Below, piece by piece: positions 26,504 to 39,700 of a DNA stretch of 64,000 bases. Positions within the stretch are counted from its first letter, which is position 1; every line of letters starts with the position of its first letter. This stretch comes from Camelus dromedarius (taxonomy: Eukaryota). Location: contig NC_087436.1 in assembly GCF_036321535.1 (NCBI RefSeq), positions 4,712,001 to 4,776,000 of the forward strand, written 5' to 3'. A program made the translations under genes and the position numbers. The notes under the pieces are model-generated. The model made no database searches. It saw only the letters and a program-made list of their open reading frames with translations, and was not told the origin of the DNA.

Positions 26504-29040
26504 AATTAGTCTTTTGACATACGATCTTTTGGAAACATTGCTTGTGTATGTTAGGACTTGATGCTCACGACAGAAATCTATCTGAAACTAACCTGGGGGC
26601 GGGGGGAGGGATTTACTGGACAATGACGCCACCAGCTCCGAGAACTGGGAGGCCCCTGGGGAGCTCTGAGCCCACAGGGATGGACTCAGTTCCTGGAGAA
26701 TGGCACTCCTAGAACTTTGAGGACCCTCTGTCTCCCCTCTTCTTTTCTGCAGGTGTTGGCTTTCTTCATCCCTGTGGTACACGGGCTCCTCCCTCAGGCT
26801 GGGTGCCCGCTCCCAGCACCTCTGGACCCCCACAAGGGAAAGTGCTTGTCCCAGCCCCAGGGCTCAGGGTCTGGGAGGCAGAGCCACCCTAACGCACAGC
26901 AGAATTGAGGGAGCAAGGAATGTTTTTTCCAGAAGAACGGAGAGGTAGACAGACTAGACAATGATCCAGTTCATTTGTAGTAAAGAGAGTTAGACTGAGA
27001 GTTTAGATCAGACATGAGTTTCATTCTTCTCTTTCTAGCTTGGTCCGGCAATCCTTAGTTAAATTTCTGTTATGAGGGGAGTACAAAATCTCATCAAAAA
27101 GGCTGGAGTGTTCACCAGCCTTGCTCTGGGGTGATTATCTACGGCAAGCAGCAAGTTCTTGGTGGAACCGAGCTATTCTTTGGTCTCAATCACAAGTTTT
27201 TCTTATGGGTCACATTGTCTAATTCGTCTCTAAATGATATATAATTGCTTTTGCCTACATGGCTTTGGGGGTGTGTGTGTGTACGTACATGTACAAAGAG
27301 TGCAATGGGGGTTAAGCTGAAAAATACAGGGACAAGTAACATGGGGGCTAAAGGCAATCACTTTGAAATAAGTCAGCAAACTTGAGAGCAAACCATCTAT
27401 TAATTTTCTGCTTTGGTACAAACCACCAACTTAAGCCCCAGTCTCCTACCGGTATAATGAGAATAAACATACTTACCTCATCATCTTTGTTTTTACTGCA
27501 TTCTGTTGATATTTATTTTGTAGTTGGCTTTATTCCTTTGATAACGTACGTTTAAAAAGCTAAAGATCGAATCTGTTCTTAGAAACAATAATTAGTACAT
27601 ATATGAAAACTAAAAAAATGTGCAGTGTGCTGTGTATACGTATTTACATGCAATATAATGTGTATGTGCAGTTGTACTGTAATAATTCTACATAATAAAA
27701 CTGGAAAAAAGATAGAAAGACAGACACATATATGTCTATATTTATAATCTATTATTTCATACTATAGTTTTATAGTTTGCCTTTGTTTTAAAATAAACTA
27801 AGCTAACACACACACAGAAATAATGAAGAAATATGTTAATGGATGTTCTGTCACCAAGATGCCTTGAGATCTTGGAATAAATGCCATTATTCAAGGCTTA
27901 TTCTTTTAATAATTAAGACTAAATAATTTGATTTAGCTATTTTTATCTATGTTTCTTGGTGCAACTATATAGTTGCAAGAGTTTTTTTATCCCCCCAAAT
28001 GATGTAGCAGTGATTCTTAATGTAAATGTCAAAACAATTTATAATCCCAGTTAGTAATCTTGCCCACATTTAATTTTGCTTCTAATCCTGGCAATCGACT
28101 TCAGATAATTCTTAAGTGACTCACAGCACCACTGTAAGGCTGCCTACCTCAGGACTCACTTGGAGACCCCTGTGAAATCACACCCATGAACGTCTCGGTT
28201 ATCTTCATTCTTACTCCCAATCATGATGGGAAGATTTCACTGCTTTCCTCTTAGCCTCGCTGGGTGAACGTCACACGCCTTCTATGGCTGGAGCACAGCA
28301 TATGCCCGCACCGAACACTATCGCTATTGAGGCTGGGGAAGAGGGCAGGGCTTCTTCTTGAAAGCTCCTTTAAAAGAGTTGCTATGTTATCTTTCGGGCA
28401 TGGGAGCCGCTGAATGGTCTAAAACAGAGGAATAACCATGATAATGGTGTCTTTTAGAAATGCAAGTCCAGGGGACATCTAGCAGACGGAGTGTAACACC
28501 CATCGGAATCACCTGGAGGGCTTACAAAACAAAGAGCTCTCAGTGCTCTCAGTCCTGGTCTGGGGGCTGTGCCTGGAGACCTTCTGGACTGAGGGACGCA
28601 CCTTTAGCAGGGAGAATATACAGCAGCGGAGGTGAAAGGCACTGAAGAAGGAACGTGCCCCGAGGAAGGGACAGGAGAGACAGAAAGGGGGCAGGTGACT
28701 GAGGGGTGGCTGAGGTACGGCTGACCTGACATGGTATCGAAGAGTTCCCTCAATTTTACCGATTCAGTGATGACATCACGTTGATACTGTTGGACTAGAT
28801 GGAGACACCAGGAGGTGCAGGAGTTTTTGTTGTTGTTGTTTATTTGTTTGTTTGTTTTGTGGAAGTTAAGGGAGAAGGGAAGGTTAAGGTGTCTATGGAG
28901 AAAACCAAAAATTAAATATATGGATTCGGAGCTGAGAAAACTCTTGTGTGAATGTAAAGCACGTTAACACTGTGTTCACAAAATGTCAGCCCTACACTTG
29001 TGGACAGAGGCTTCTTAACCCAACGTCAAATGCAGGTTGT

Positions 29041-29046
29041 TTTATT
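29041..29046 (-). terminator. Candidate CTSO polyadenylation signal
   Basis: TTTATT on + strand (AATAAA on -), about 1.7 kb downstream of the CTSO stop. Confidence 0.55.
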
Positions 29047-30759
29047 ATAAATGTCTTCAGAATCCAGAAGAGCTGAGAGGTAGGACACACCTTGTAATTA
29101 AAAATATCTATCGCTTGTAAAAGACTACCAGAAAAGAGTTCATATTTTACAGAAATCAGTAAATTAACACAAACTAGACCAACCAAGACATAGTTCCTTT
29201 TCGGCATACTTGGATAAGGAGAACATTCACCAAATTGTATATCAATTTGTCATTCTGGAACATCTCCAAACCTGAGTCAACACACGCTCTTTTAAAATTG
29301 CTTTCAGTTGGTGTAAAGAAAAGAAATACAGTGTTTGCTTTTGCTTTTCTTTCTCTAATAAGAGGACTGATAAATAAAGGCCAACAGTGAGAGAAAAAAT
29401 GGGATGTTCTCAATTGTTTTTTCAGCGGTTGTTGCAACCTTCACAACTTTGCTTCTAAGATGGTCTACATTGGAACGCAACCATGAGTTTTAGAGGAGAG
29501 ATACGTGTACGTGTATTACTTGATACAACCTTCTTACAGTCGTGCACATGGTACCATTTGCACCTATATTCCAGAAGAGAGCTTTTCATGCTCTGCGTTC
29601 CTACACAGCCACACAGGTGACAAAGAAGCGACAGATGGACATCAGGAACCCAGGACCAGGGGACAGCCAAAGGGAGCATCAAAAGCTCCTTTAAGATGGG
29701 ACTCTGGGGAGAACTGGGAAAACAGAGGCTGGGAAACTCACATATTGGCTGACACCCCAGATTAATGAGATTGAACTTTGAAAGGGGTGGTGCCTCCAAG
29801 TGGTGCAGGAACAACTGAGTGAGGTCCTGAGGTGGACAAAGGCTTGGAGAGATGGAGCCAAATAAATGCTTATGAAATGGAAATGGAAAGTAAACAATGA
29901 GCCCCTCTTTAGCCAGGGGGGCCAGACCACCAGGAAAATTGAGAGGTTTCACAGTCAAGAGAAAGAGAAACAGTGAGAAATACGGGCAGACACGCTGTTC
30001 TTCAGTCCAGGGAGAACAAAGGAGGAAATAAGATCTATTGGACTCCTACTGGCAGGGAAAAGTTCCAAACAGCATTCTGTCTCTGAGGCAAAGCTACGCA
30101 AGACTTTCCTGTCTCATGGCGGCCATACTGGTCATCTAATTTCAGTCGGGCTGGCTGCTTCTCTTCAAAGTGGCTTTGTTTTTTGCTTCTTTCTACGTGA
30201 TCTCTGCACAGGCCAAGGGGGAAGCACCGTCTGTTGGGGTAAAACAACTGGCATTTGAAAATTCTTAAGAGATTTCACCTCGGAGGGCCGCGCATGCAAC
30301 TGTGAGAGGCACACATCCTTCAAGGCTGGCTGTTCTCATGTACATGGGCGGTTGGGGCTGGCGACTGTATTCCATGAGGAAAAGAAGTTCTTGTCACCTC
30401 TCCAATCCTACCGCAAGTATGCCACTAAAAATAAACAAACAGCCAACCAAAGCAATCGTCAAACGAAACCAGGTAACAGCCCCTTCAAAGCGAGGAGACC
30501 TAAAATATCCCCAATCTGACCTTCCTCCGAGGAGGAAACCTTCCCACAGACTTGCTCCCCGGACGAGATGCTGGCGTTCTCCCTACCGACCCGGGCTGTC
30601 CCTCTCTCCGTGAGAAGAGAACACCCTACAAGTCAGTTTGAATGCTGCGAGGTTCTAGAACCTTCGGTGGGTAGTTGTTAAGCCCAGGAGGCCAAAAACG
30701 CCGAGAATGAAGCGCCACACCTCACCATGAACCTCCAGGTTGGCAGCCGTCTCTCGAAC

Positions 30760-30794
30760 TCACACGAACACAGCAGAAACAGAATCCGCAATGC
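30760..30794 (-). CDS. CTSO: CTSO exon 8 coding part ([11 protein letters not shown])
   Basis: TTCTTCTCCTCTTAG acceptor; TGA at 30762-30760. Confidence 0.94.
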
Positions 30795-33700
30795 CTAAGA
30801 GGAGAAGAAATGGTCGGTACCGCCCTGTTCTTCCTCACCCGCCTTTCAAGCGGCAAATTGAAACCGCTTTCATTTAGGTTCAGAAAGAGTTAATATCTAC
30901 CAAGAAAGTAATCTGCTGGTTACAACCACCTGTCAGTGTAAACACGGCAACCTCAGAAGCAGGTATTAGAAGAGATGCCTCATATTTTTGTTTCAAGAAA
31001 CTACCAAAGAAACAAACAAACAACTTATTAACCGAACAGGTGAATGTATCTGAAATGTATCGCACTATATCTATATATATATATATTGCTTAGAGGCAGT
31101 AAAATTATTTTTAGGATTATTTTAAATACAATTTGAAGATTCATATTCTAAGATTTGGAGTCTAATAAACTTTCAATAAATTACCAGCCTGCTACCGTTT
31201 TCTTAGCACAAAAGAATGCAGACCTCAGCATCACGGTGGAAGTGATTAAACATCCAGTCTGAAGACAGGATTTCACTGTGATTAGCTGTGTCTTTGAAAT
31301 CTCTCAGGGCCATTGTGTATAAGAGTAATGTGATCACCATCAGAGATTTAACTTAAGGAAAGGATTTGAGTTCCTGTGTAAGTACTAATCAACCAGGCAG
31401 GAGATGGAGACTGAAACCGGGAAATGGGTGGAGAGGAGAAATTATCTGAACTCACCCTTTGTAGCTAGGGGCCGGGGAAGAGGCTGTGGACTTAACTGAG
31501 GCGATAATGAGCCTGAATTATATTCTTGCAACTCTCCCGCCAGGGCTGTGAAGGCGGCTGCCCTCAGCCCAGAACCGGCACTGCAGGCGCACGGGAGACA
31601 ACTGTAACCCAGACCCTGCGCCAACCAAAGCTTCAGTCCTCGACGGTGACCACATCACTTTTATGGACAGTGGCGCAAGGCAGATGGGATTCCATGGCCC
31701 CAAGAGATTTCAGAGACACAGTCAATCACAGTGAAGTCCTGTCTTGGAGAAGGATGCTGATCGCTTCCGCCCTGCTACTGGGGTCTGTGTCCTTTCGTGC
31801 TGAGGTAAGCTGTGGCTAGTGGCAGGGGGTTCAAGGAGTGGCAACATCAATTCATCTGCATTTTCTGATGATGTCAACCCCCCAGTGATGCTGAAAAGTC
31901 AAGGCCTGATTGGGTTGCTGGCTGAAAGATTCCTAGGATGTTGACTCCTTTCAACACATATTTTATGGAACATGTTTTACTGGGGTGATGGGACAGGCCA
32001 TGTATTAAATTGCATGGATTCCACTTTATCGAACAATTGGGCAGTCCTCACCTGACTGAATCAAAACATAAACTCTCAAATTTTTCCATAAGTCTCTTCT
32101 ATCATAAATATCGCCATCTGGAGTGTTGTAAAGTTTTTAAAAGTTGTATACATGTTAGAGCTAACGAGAAATTAAATGCTTTCTCTCATACACAATATAG
32201 TTTTGAGTCCAGCCTGATTTGGAAAATATGCTATTTTCTAGATCAAAAGTTTTAGAATACAGTTTGAGTACAGATTTTAGAATATGCTGAAAAGACATAA
32301 ATAGCTATTTTTAACTTGGCTTGTTGTTAATTAACAAAAAAATGTTGTTATTCAATAAAAGAGCATGTTTGCTATTGGCTTAAGCCTCTCTATTCCAGTG
32401 GGTGCTTGGCTAGAAGTTTGTAGGTGACAAGGGGCATATTAAACCAGAAACAATCTGAATGTTCAGATTTTCATCCATTTTGATACAAAGAAAAAGTGAT
32501 TCTTGATGATCCTAACTAGGTATTATCATACATAAAAGAATGGAAAATCATACAGTTATATAAAGCAAATTTGGAACTCGGAGACATTTTTGGAGAAGTT
32601 CAGCCCCCCAAGTCGAGTACTTTTCTCGTTTTCAAAGTAGTTCACTTTGGTAAATTATTACTGTATCTTACAGTGGTTTGCTCATTATATTGGTTTTTTA
32701 CTACAGTCCCTCCCCTCTTTTAAAACAGGAATATGTGCAGTAGTGTCTTTTTTTTAAACATGATTTTAGTTTTATCAGTTGGCTAAAGGATGAAGGTTAT
32801 TACTGTGAAGGTGACTTGGGTACCCTGGGCACACAAGATGGACTGGACAGGTTTGTGATTTTCATATACTCCAAGTCCCTTCCTTGACACTCAGCCTGGA
32901 GTGTACCATGTAAATTCATGACTCACCACAAACGTTACCTCCCATTTTAACGTGGGCATAGCCGTCAACTCCCCACGAACTTCCCCATGAGTTCCGCACA
33001 ATCCAATATGGAGGACTTCCTACAAAACACAGAACAGTAACAAACCCCAGAGAATATATTTGTGGTAAAAGAATGCTTATTTAAAGTTTGGTTTTGGAAA
33101 AGTATAGTGACTCTAAGAAAAAGATAAAAAAAAATTTAACTTATGCCAAATTTAGCTAAGTAAACACGAGCTGTGCTTAGAGTCACAAGCCAATCAATGG
33201 AAAATATGTTTGAATTTGTTTCCTTGATATGGTTACTGCACAAAATAAACACACACACACATTTCCAGGGAATTTGAAAAAGGAAAAAAAATTAATCGTT
33301 AGATAAATACAACATGCACTTTATTTTCCCAACAGTTATTCTAAATGCTCCAGATTGAGAAGGCACATTATTTACATCAAGAATTTAGGACCAGTTTAAC
33401 AAGGCATCCACCAAAGTTGATTGGGGGAACCCACAGGTGTTTTTTCCTGCAGGTCTAGTGAAAAGGTGCATCTGCTAATCCCAAACTCCTAATTTATCCC
33501 TCCTTGCCCTTTTCCCCTTGGTAACCATTACTATATGTAAAATACACTATTGTATATAAAATAGATAAACAACAAGGACCTACTGTACAACACAGGGAAC
33601 TGTATTCAATTTCTTGTAATAACCTATAACGAAAAGAATCTGAAAAGAAAATATATATGTATGTGTATGTATAACTGAATTGCTTTGCTGTACATCTGAA

Positions 33701-36700
33701 ACTAACATTGTAAATCAACTACACTTCAATAAAAAAATTTTTTTAAAAGAAACCAAAAAAAAAAAAAAACAGAAAAAAGAAAAACTGTAAGGTTATGAGG
33801 ACTTAGCTATAACCTAAGTTATAGGTTATATCTATATAGGGCCAATTTCAGCATTTTAAAGGATAGCAACCACTTGTCAAACTGCAGGTCAAGCTGGAAA
33901 GCAGCCATCAAGTCTTGTTAGCACTCACCTGTTCGGTCAAAGCCAGTCACGAGAACGGCGTGATTCGCCTCCCCGCTGGAGCAGTGATGCTGTATGATGC
34001 CGCCCAGGTAATCCTGCCAGCTCACTGCATCCACTATCACTATCAGGGGGCCTGAGGTAAGGAGCACTTTTGCCATTTCGTCTTCTTGGTCACTACCAAA
34101 AGAGGAAATGTTGGGTTAAGAAGTTTCATTTTCAAGGTAAAAATATTTTATCAAAGTGATCTATTTAATCTGAACATGGTTAGGTTTGGTGGCAATTACC
34201 AAGACTTAAATGATGGAGGCTAAAAAAAGTCTGTAAGGTTGGCAGTCCAGGGTGGCTGTGGGAGTCCAGAACACCAGAAACCCAGCTGGTTGTATATGAG
34301 GTTTCCATTCTCCAGGTCAATTCATGGTCCACAATGGCTGCTGGAGCTCCAGCCATTTCACATGTATTTCAGACAGCAGAAAGTGGAAAAGGAAGTGCTG
34401 CATCCCTGCTGAGATCCCAGAAACGATCCCACTTTCTGTATGTATCTGCATGGGTCTCAGTGGCTACGACTCAGACAGATGGCCACGTCTAGCTTCAAGG
34501 AAGATGGGAAACAAAGTTTTGGCTACAAAGTACCCAGCTGCAACATGGGGATTCTTTAATAAGGAAAATGGAAAGCCTGGATGTGTGGAGATATCTCGCC
34601 ATCTCTGCCACACCAGGAAGAACTGCGAGACCAGCCAACTTAAGTTAGTGAACATCAAATAAAGAAATTACAGGGAAGGGTTACCCAAAAGAGGTGAATA
34701 AAATCACGGGGTAGAGAATGCTAAGATGCCACAGAACTAGGAGCAGGTTGTGAAGATGGCAAGAGATACAGTTACTGCTTTCCCACGCGGACTTGTACTG
34801 ATAAAGTCTGACATTACACAGTACTCCGCCTTCATGGATCTTACAGGGACATGATTAGGCCATTAATTTACATTTTTAAAGGTCAGCTATGTGGGTGCAG
34901 GACACTGAAACCAAGTGACTGATATTTCAGGCCGTTAAGATAGCATTTGGGAGTTTATGGCTGCAGCAAACCATGGCGAATTAGTGGCTTGAAGAGTGAG
35001 TAATCCCTCATCATGCCAGCCAGAGATTAGCTTCCATCAAGGGGATATTCTGTCCACAGATGAGGAAAAAAACACAAGTGCAAAACAGTGGAATTTACTG
35101 AAATAGAAACCACACATTCACTCGAAACATTTACTCATGTTACCTGTTAACGTGAAGATCTGTTTTTGAAGATCTGTAAGTAGGCATTTCTAACTGTCTT
35201 GTTACAACAAGGTAGTGAATAGAGTTCCCTGTGCTGTACGGTAGGGCCTTGTTGTTCAGCTACTTTATACACAGTAGTGTGTGTCTGCTAATCCCCAACT
35301 CCAAACTTAACCCTTCCCAGCCAAACGTGGGGACTTCTTAGGGGCCTCTCCTGTCTAACCAAAGGCCGGGTGACTCCTGTTTCAAGCCCAGTGCAGCGAC
35401 TGCTGCCTTGTCTCCCTCCTCCTTCCCTCCCTCTCTCACTGTCTCTCTCACTCACACCAATCCCTTTTCTCTTGTTTCTTCCTAATATTTTCCAATTTGC
35501 TACTCAGGACAAGGGACTCCCTGAGTCTTTTCTCATGACATTTTGAAGAGCTGGCTCCTTTGTCTGCACACGCCTCACCTAGATTCTCCAGGAACTCACT
35601 TTCCCATTTAGAAAGTGCGTTACCTTCACCCTCAAAGGAGGTGTGGACCAGTGTGCTCAGTGACTGCACATCCATCATGCGTTCTGTGTGTCCTGCCCTC
35701 TCGGAACCGAGGTGCCTGGTACATGGTCCCTCGTCTCCCTGAGAGCCCCTCCTGCAGATGGGAGCCGTGTGGACCAACAGCCCGTGCCCTGACTCACAGA
35801 TGGTTATTCAGAGGGTCCATTTTGGACAAGGACCCAGTCTCACCCTGGACTTCTTTCAGACCCATAGGGAGACACCAACTGGACCAAGAGTACATTCAGT
35901 GAGCATCAGGGCAGTCTGTCACCTTAGCTGGATTTAATTTAATCTATTTTCTCTGTTTTAAAAGACTGTGCAAAGCTCTGTTCATCTTTTTTTTAAGAGA
36001 AGCCAGGAGTTGGGTGAATCTTCCTCTGTCCTTGTCACCCTGAGCACCTATTTTGCACCACATGCAATGGTCATAAAGGACCCCTAGCCACTTGGAGTTC
36101 TCATGTGCTGTTAAAGCATTTTCTAGTGTTTATTTTCCCTGAGCCTGTCCAGAGTCACCGTGACCTTCAGGTTCCCACCGCGGTCCTCTTCCTCTCCAGT
36201 CCCCCTGACCCCTGCATCGTCTCATGCTTCTGGGTGCATGACCTCGTTGACCCCTCAGCATGCTCTCCCCACTCGGCCCTGGGAGGAGAACTTCAGTTTA
36301 CGCCTTTCTCCCAGCTGGTGACTTGAAAGATGCCAGCAATACAGGGGGCTCTTGGTAAGCAGACTGCCTGGCATTAGCTAGTGTCCACACAAAGTGATTT
36401 TTGTTGATTCAAGAGTAAGATTGAAACATGCTAAGGGTAACCGGGACACTTAAATTTGGAAAGAGATGTAAATGTCAATTATGCCTTAAACTGGATTTAA
36501 ATGTGTGACTTTAAGTTTGCTATTTCTATTTGTAATGACCCATGGGAAAATAATTAGATTGCATTTAAGAAACGGCATCTCTAGAACTCTGTGGTGATCA
36601 CCAATTCGTCTCCAGTAAAAAGTCGGTTTTAAAACAATTAAGGGTACGCAGTGATGCAGTCAATCAAGTTATTAATTCCAAACAGTCTACAGAAAATAAA

Positions 36701-39700
36701 TTAAGAAACACGGAGAAGAACACAACAGAAGAAGACACATACCTGAAGTTGTACGCGGAATAACCTTTGATTGAAAATCCAGAATGTGAAGCTGGAAAGT
36801 AGCGGCACAGGCCGTTTTGGGCTGTAAACGGGTATTCCAAGTCGCTCACCAGCTTTACTTGCATCTAAAGGAAAACAATCACCGCACATATCCTCCGTCA
36901 CAAGGCTGCTTTAAAAATGAAACAGAACTTGTTACAACGTGTGAAGTAAGATTCTGCTTGGCCACATTCGTCATGTGGGTATTCCTGGAGTTATTAACAT
37001 CTTATAAAGTCAAGCTTTCGGTGTTTTTTGTGGACGTCCTAGGTAATTAACCTCGATGTCTTTCTTTGTCCTTTGCTCCTGTTTCTCCTGAGCCTCGTTT
37101 TCCTAGGACCTCCGATCTACTGATCAGGTGCAACAGTGTCACCCATGCCCGCCGGCCACCACTGAGGCTCACTCCACCCCACAAGCATCCTTCTCTCCAC
37201 CTCCCTCTGCCCCTGCGTCTGGCGTGGACCACGAAGTTCAGAGCTGTCCAGCCAGCATCCTCCCCTCCAAACGCTGGGCTTACGGGAGTGAGGGGCGCAC
37301 TACGCGCTGCCGCCCGTGACACACAGAGCAGCTCCTGGTGTGTGGGGACGTGAACACAGTGGGTGCGTGGGGAAGGATGTTGGTGTGGAGGACCCTGTCT
37401 ACACAACCTACTAGCACCCTCTCTGTGGTCTCGCCCAGTTGACGCTGAATCCCGGAGGATGTCACAGAGTGTACCTGGGTAAAGCCCCCGGAGACGAGGA
37501 GGGGAGAGGGCCAGGGTGCATTTCGGTCTCAGCTACTGGCTTGGCAACAGGACCTCACCTCTCAGGGCTCATTTCCACATCTCCATAAAGAGCTGCGCGT
37601 TTCGCTGATCTCCAGTGCCCCTTTTAACCTCAATTTTCAGAACCTTAACCTTAACATTAACCTTAATCAGAAATCCTATGGAGCTGAATAATCATACACC
37701 CTCATCTTTCTGGGTCATTATGCATTATTATATATCTGCAAAAAAGCATTTATTAAGCAATGTTAAATAATTTTCTGAAAACAGACTTCAGGTAAGATTT
37801 TCACATTTTGATTTCTCCATGGCTGACCTGCCCAGAAGTGATTCTTTTTTTTTTTTTTTTCATTTTTTTTCCTGCTGTAGAATATCATAATCTAATGTTT
37901 TTATTTGTTTTTAAAATTAAAAAAAATTATTTATTTTATTTTTTGCAGGAGAGAGGGAGGTAATTAGGTTTATTTATTTACTTATTTTTAGAGGAGGTAC
38001 TGGGGATTGAACACAGGACCTCGTGCATGCTAACCATGCGCTCTACCACTGAGCTATACCCTCCCCGTTTTTAAAATTTTTAAAATTGAAGTATAGTCAA
38101 TTTACAGTGTTGTGTTAGTTTCTGGTGTACAGCATAGTGATTCAGTTATACATATATATTCCTTTTCATATTCTTTTTCATTATAAGCTATTACAAGGTA
38201 TCAAATATAGTTCCCTGTGCTGTACAGTAGGACCTTGTTGTTCATTTTATATATAGTAGTGTGTATGTGCTAATCCCAAACTCACACTTACATGTGGAGA
38301 ACTATGAAACGCTGATTAAGGAAATCAGAGAAAACTTAAAGACATGGAAGGATATCCCACACTGTTGGGTTGGAAGAATCAATATTGTTAAAATGGCCAC
38401 ACTGCCACTACAGATTTAACACGATCCCCATCAAATCACCCAGGACAAGTTTCACAGAACTAGGACACATAATCCTAAAATTTACATGGAATCGCAGAAG
38501 ACCCAGAACTACCAAAGCGACTTGTCCTTAAACCTTGTGATGAACTCCAGCTTGGCTCATCTACGTTTCCGAACCTGAAAACACTACTTTGTATGTGAGA
38601 GTGAACTGTCTTGAGTTCGGAGCAGACGTGCAACAGGCAGTTTAAAAAAGCAGGCACCTTACTGAGCCAGTTCAGGGCGCTGAGCGTGGACCCTCCGCTG
38701 CAGCCGTAGTTGTCGTAGGAACAGTCGATGACCTGCTGGACACTCAGGGCCTCCAGAGGCTGCCCCGCCCTGGCGCGCGCGGACTCGGCGGCCGCCACCA
38801 CGCTGAAAGCCCAGCAGCCGCCGCACTGCGGCCGGGGAAACAGAGCGGTGCCCGTCAGCCAGATGCCCCCCAGACCTAGCTCACCGCATCTCTAGACGTC
38901 CCGCGTGAGCGAGCCGAGTCAAGCGAGCGGGGTCTGGAGGCCGGCAGAGCACAGATGCTGACCCTGGAGATTTTCCAATGGAAAAAAGAAAAGAAAACCA
39001 AATTCTCTTAGAAGCATCAAAATCTAGTCACAAATGAAAGGTACATGGGGGGTGTCGCTATTGCAAGTCGGACAACGCAAAATCAAAGTGAGTTTTAGAG
39101 ACTGGGGAAACACTTGGACTGGAGGTCTTTTCAAAAATGGATCAGGTCACTGAACAGGTGGCCTCTGTCCTGAAGAAGTGTACCCCCCACCGCCCCCTCC
39201 AGGCGTCACCCTGACACTGCTGCTGTGCGGTTCACCAGCTCCCCCGGGGGCGGGAGGAGAGCGAGGCGGGGGTGAGGCTGCAGGTGCCCGCGGGGCAGTC
39301 CTTATCTGACGGACACAGGGCTCCGTGAACGAGTTTTCAGTCTATCCAGTTGCTAGCGCGGGCACATCATGAACGCATCGAAACGTCCCAGCAGTGGAAA
39401 CCCATACGGATCCTTCCTCCCTGAAATACTGGCTGACGAGTTTCCTGATGTTGGATCTGGTAATTCGGACAAACAAGACCAGAAGAATAAAGTGCTGGTC
39501 CTGGAAGCAAGGGGGGAGGTGGAGGAAACGTCCTTGGGATTTCATGCAAGAATGAAGGGTCACAGAGAAGGCAGGGATGAGGGCAGAACCGACTTAACCC
39601 CACATGCTGCAGGAAAGGAGGGGCACCTGGCCGTCTCTGTGGAGTGAAGTTCTGAGCGGCTTCAAGTAGTCTTACGTACTGTGTGTCTGTCCCCGGAGCA

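Noticed and set aside
33804..33834. Small hairpin TATAACCTA-agtta-TAGGTTATA
   Set aside because: A 9-bp AT-rich stem is too short for a pre-miRNA and is plausible by chance.
37641..37667. (TTAACC)n telomere-like hexamer run
   Set aside because: Only about four imperfect units and not TTAGGG; ordinary simple repeat.
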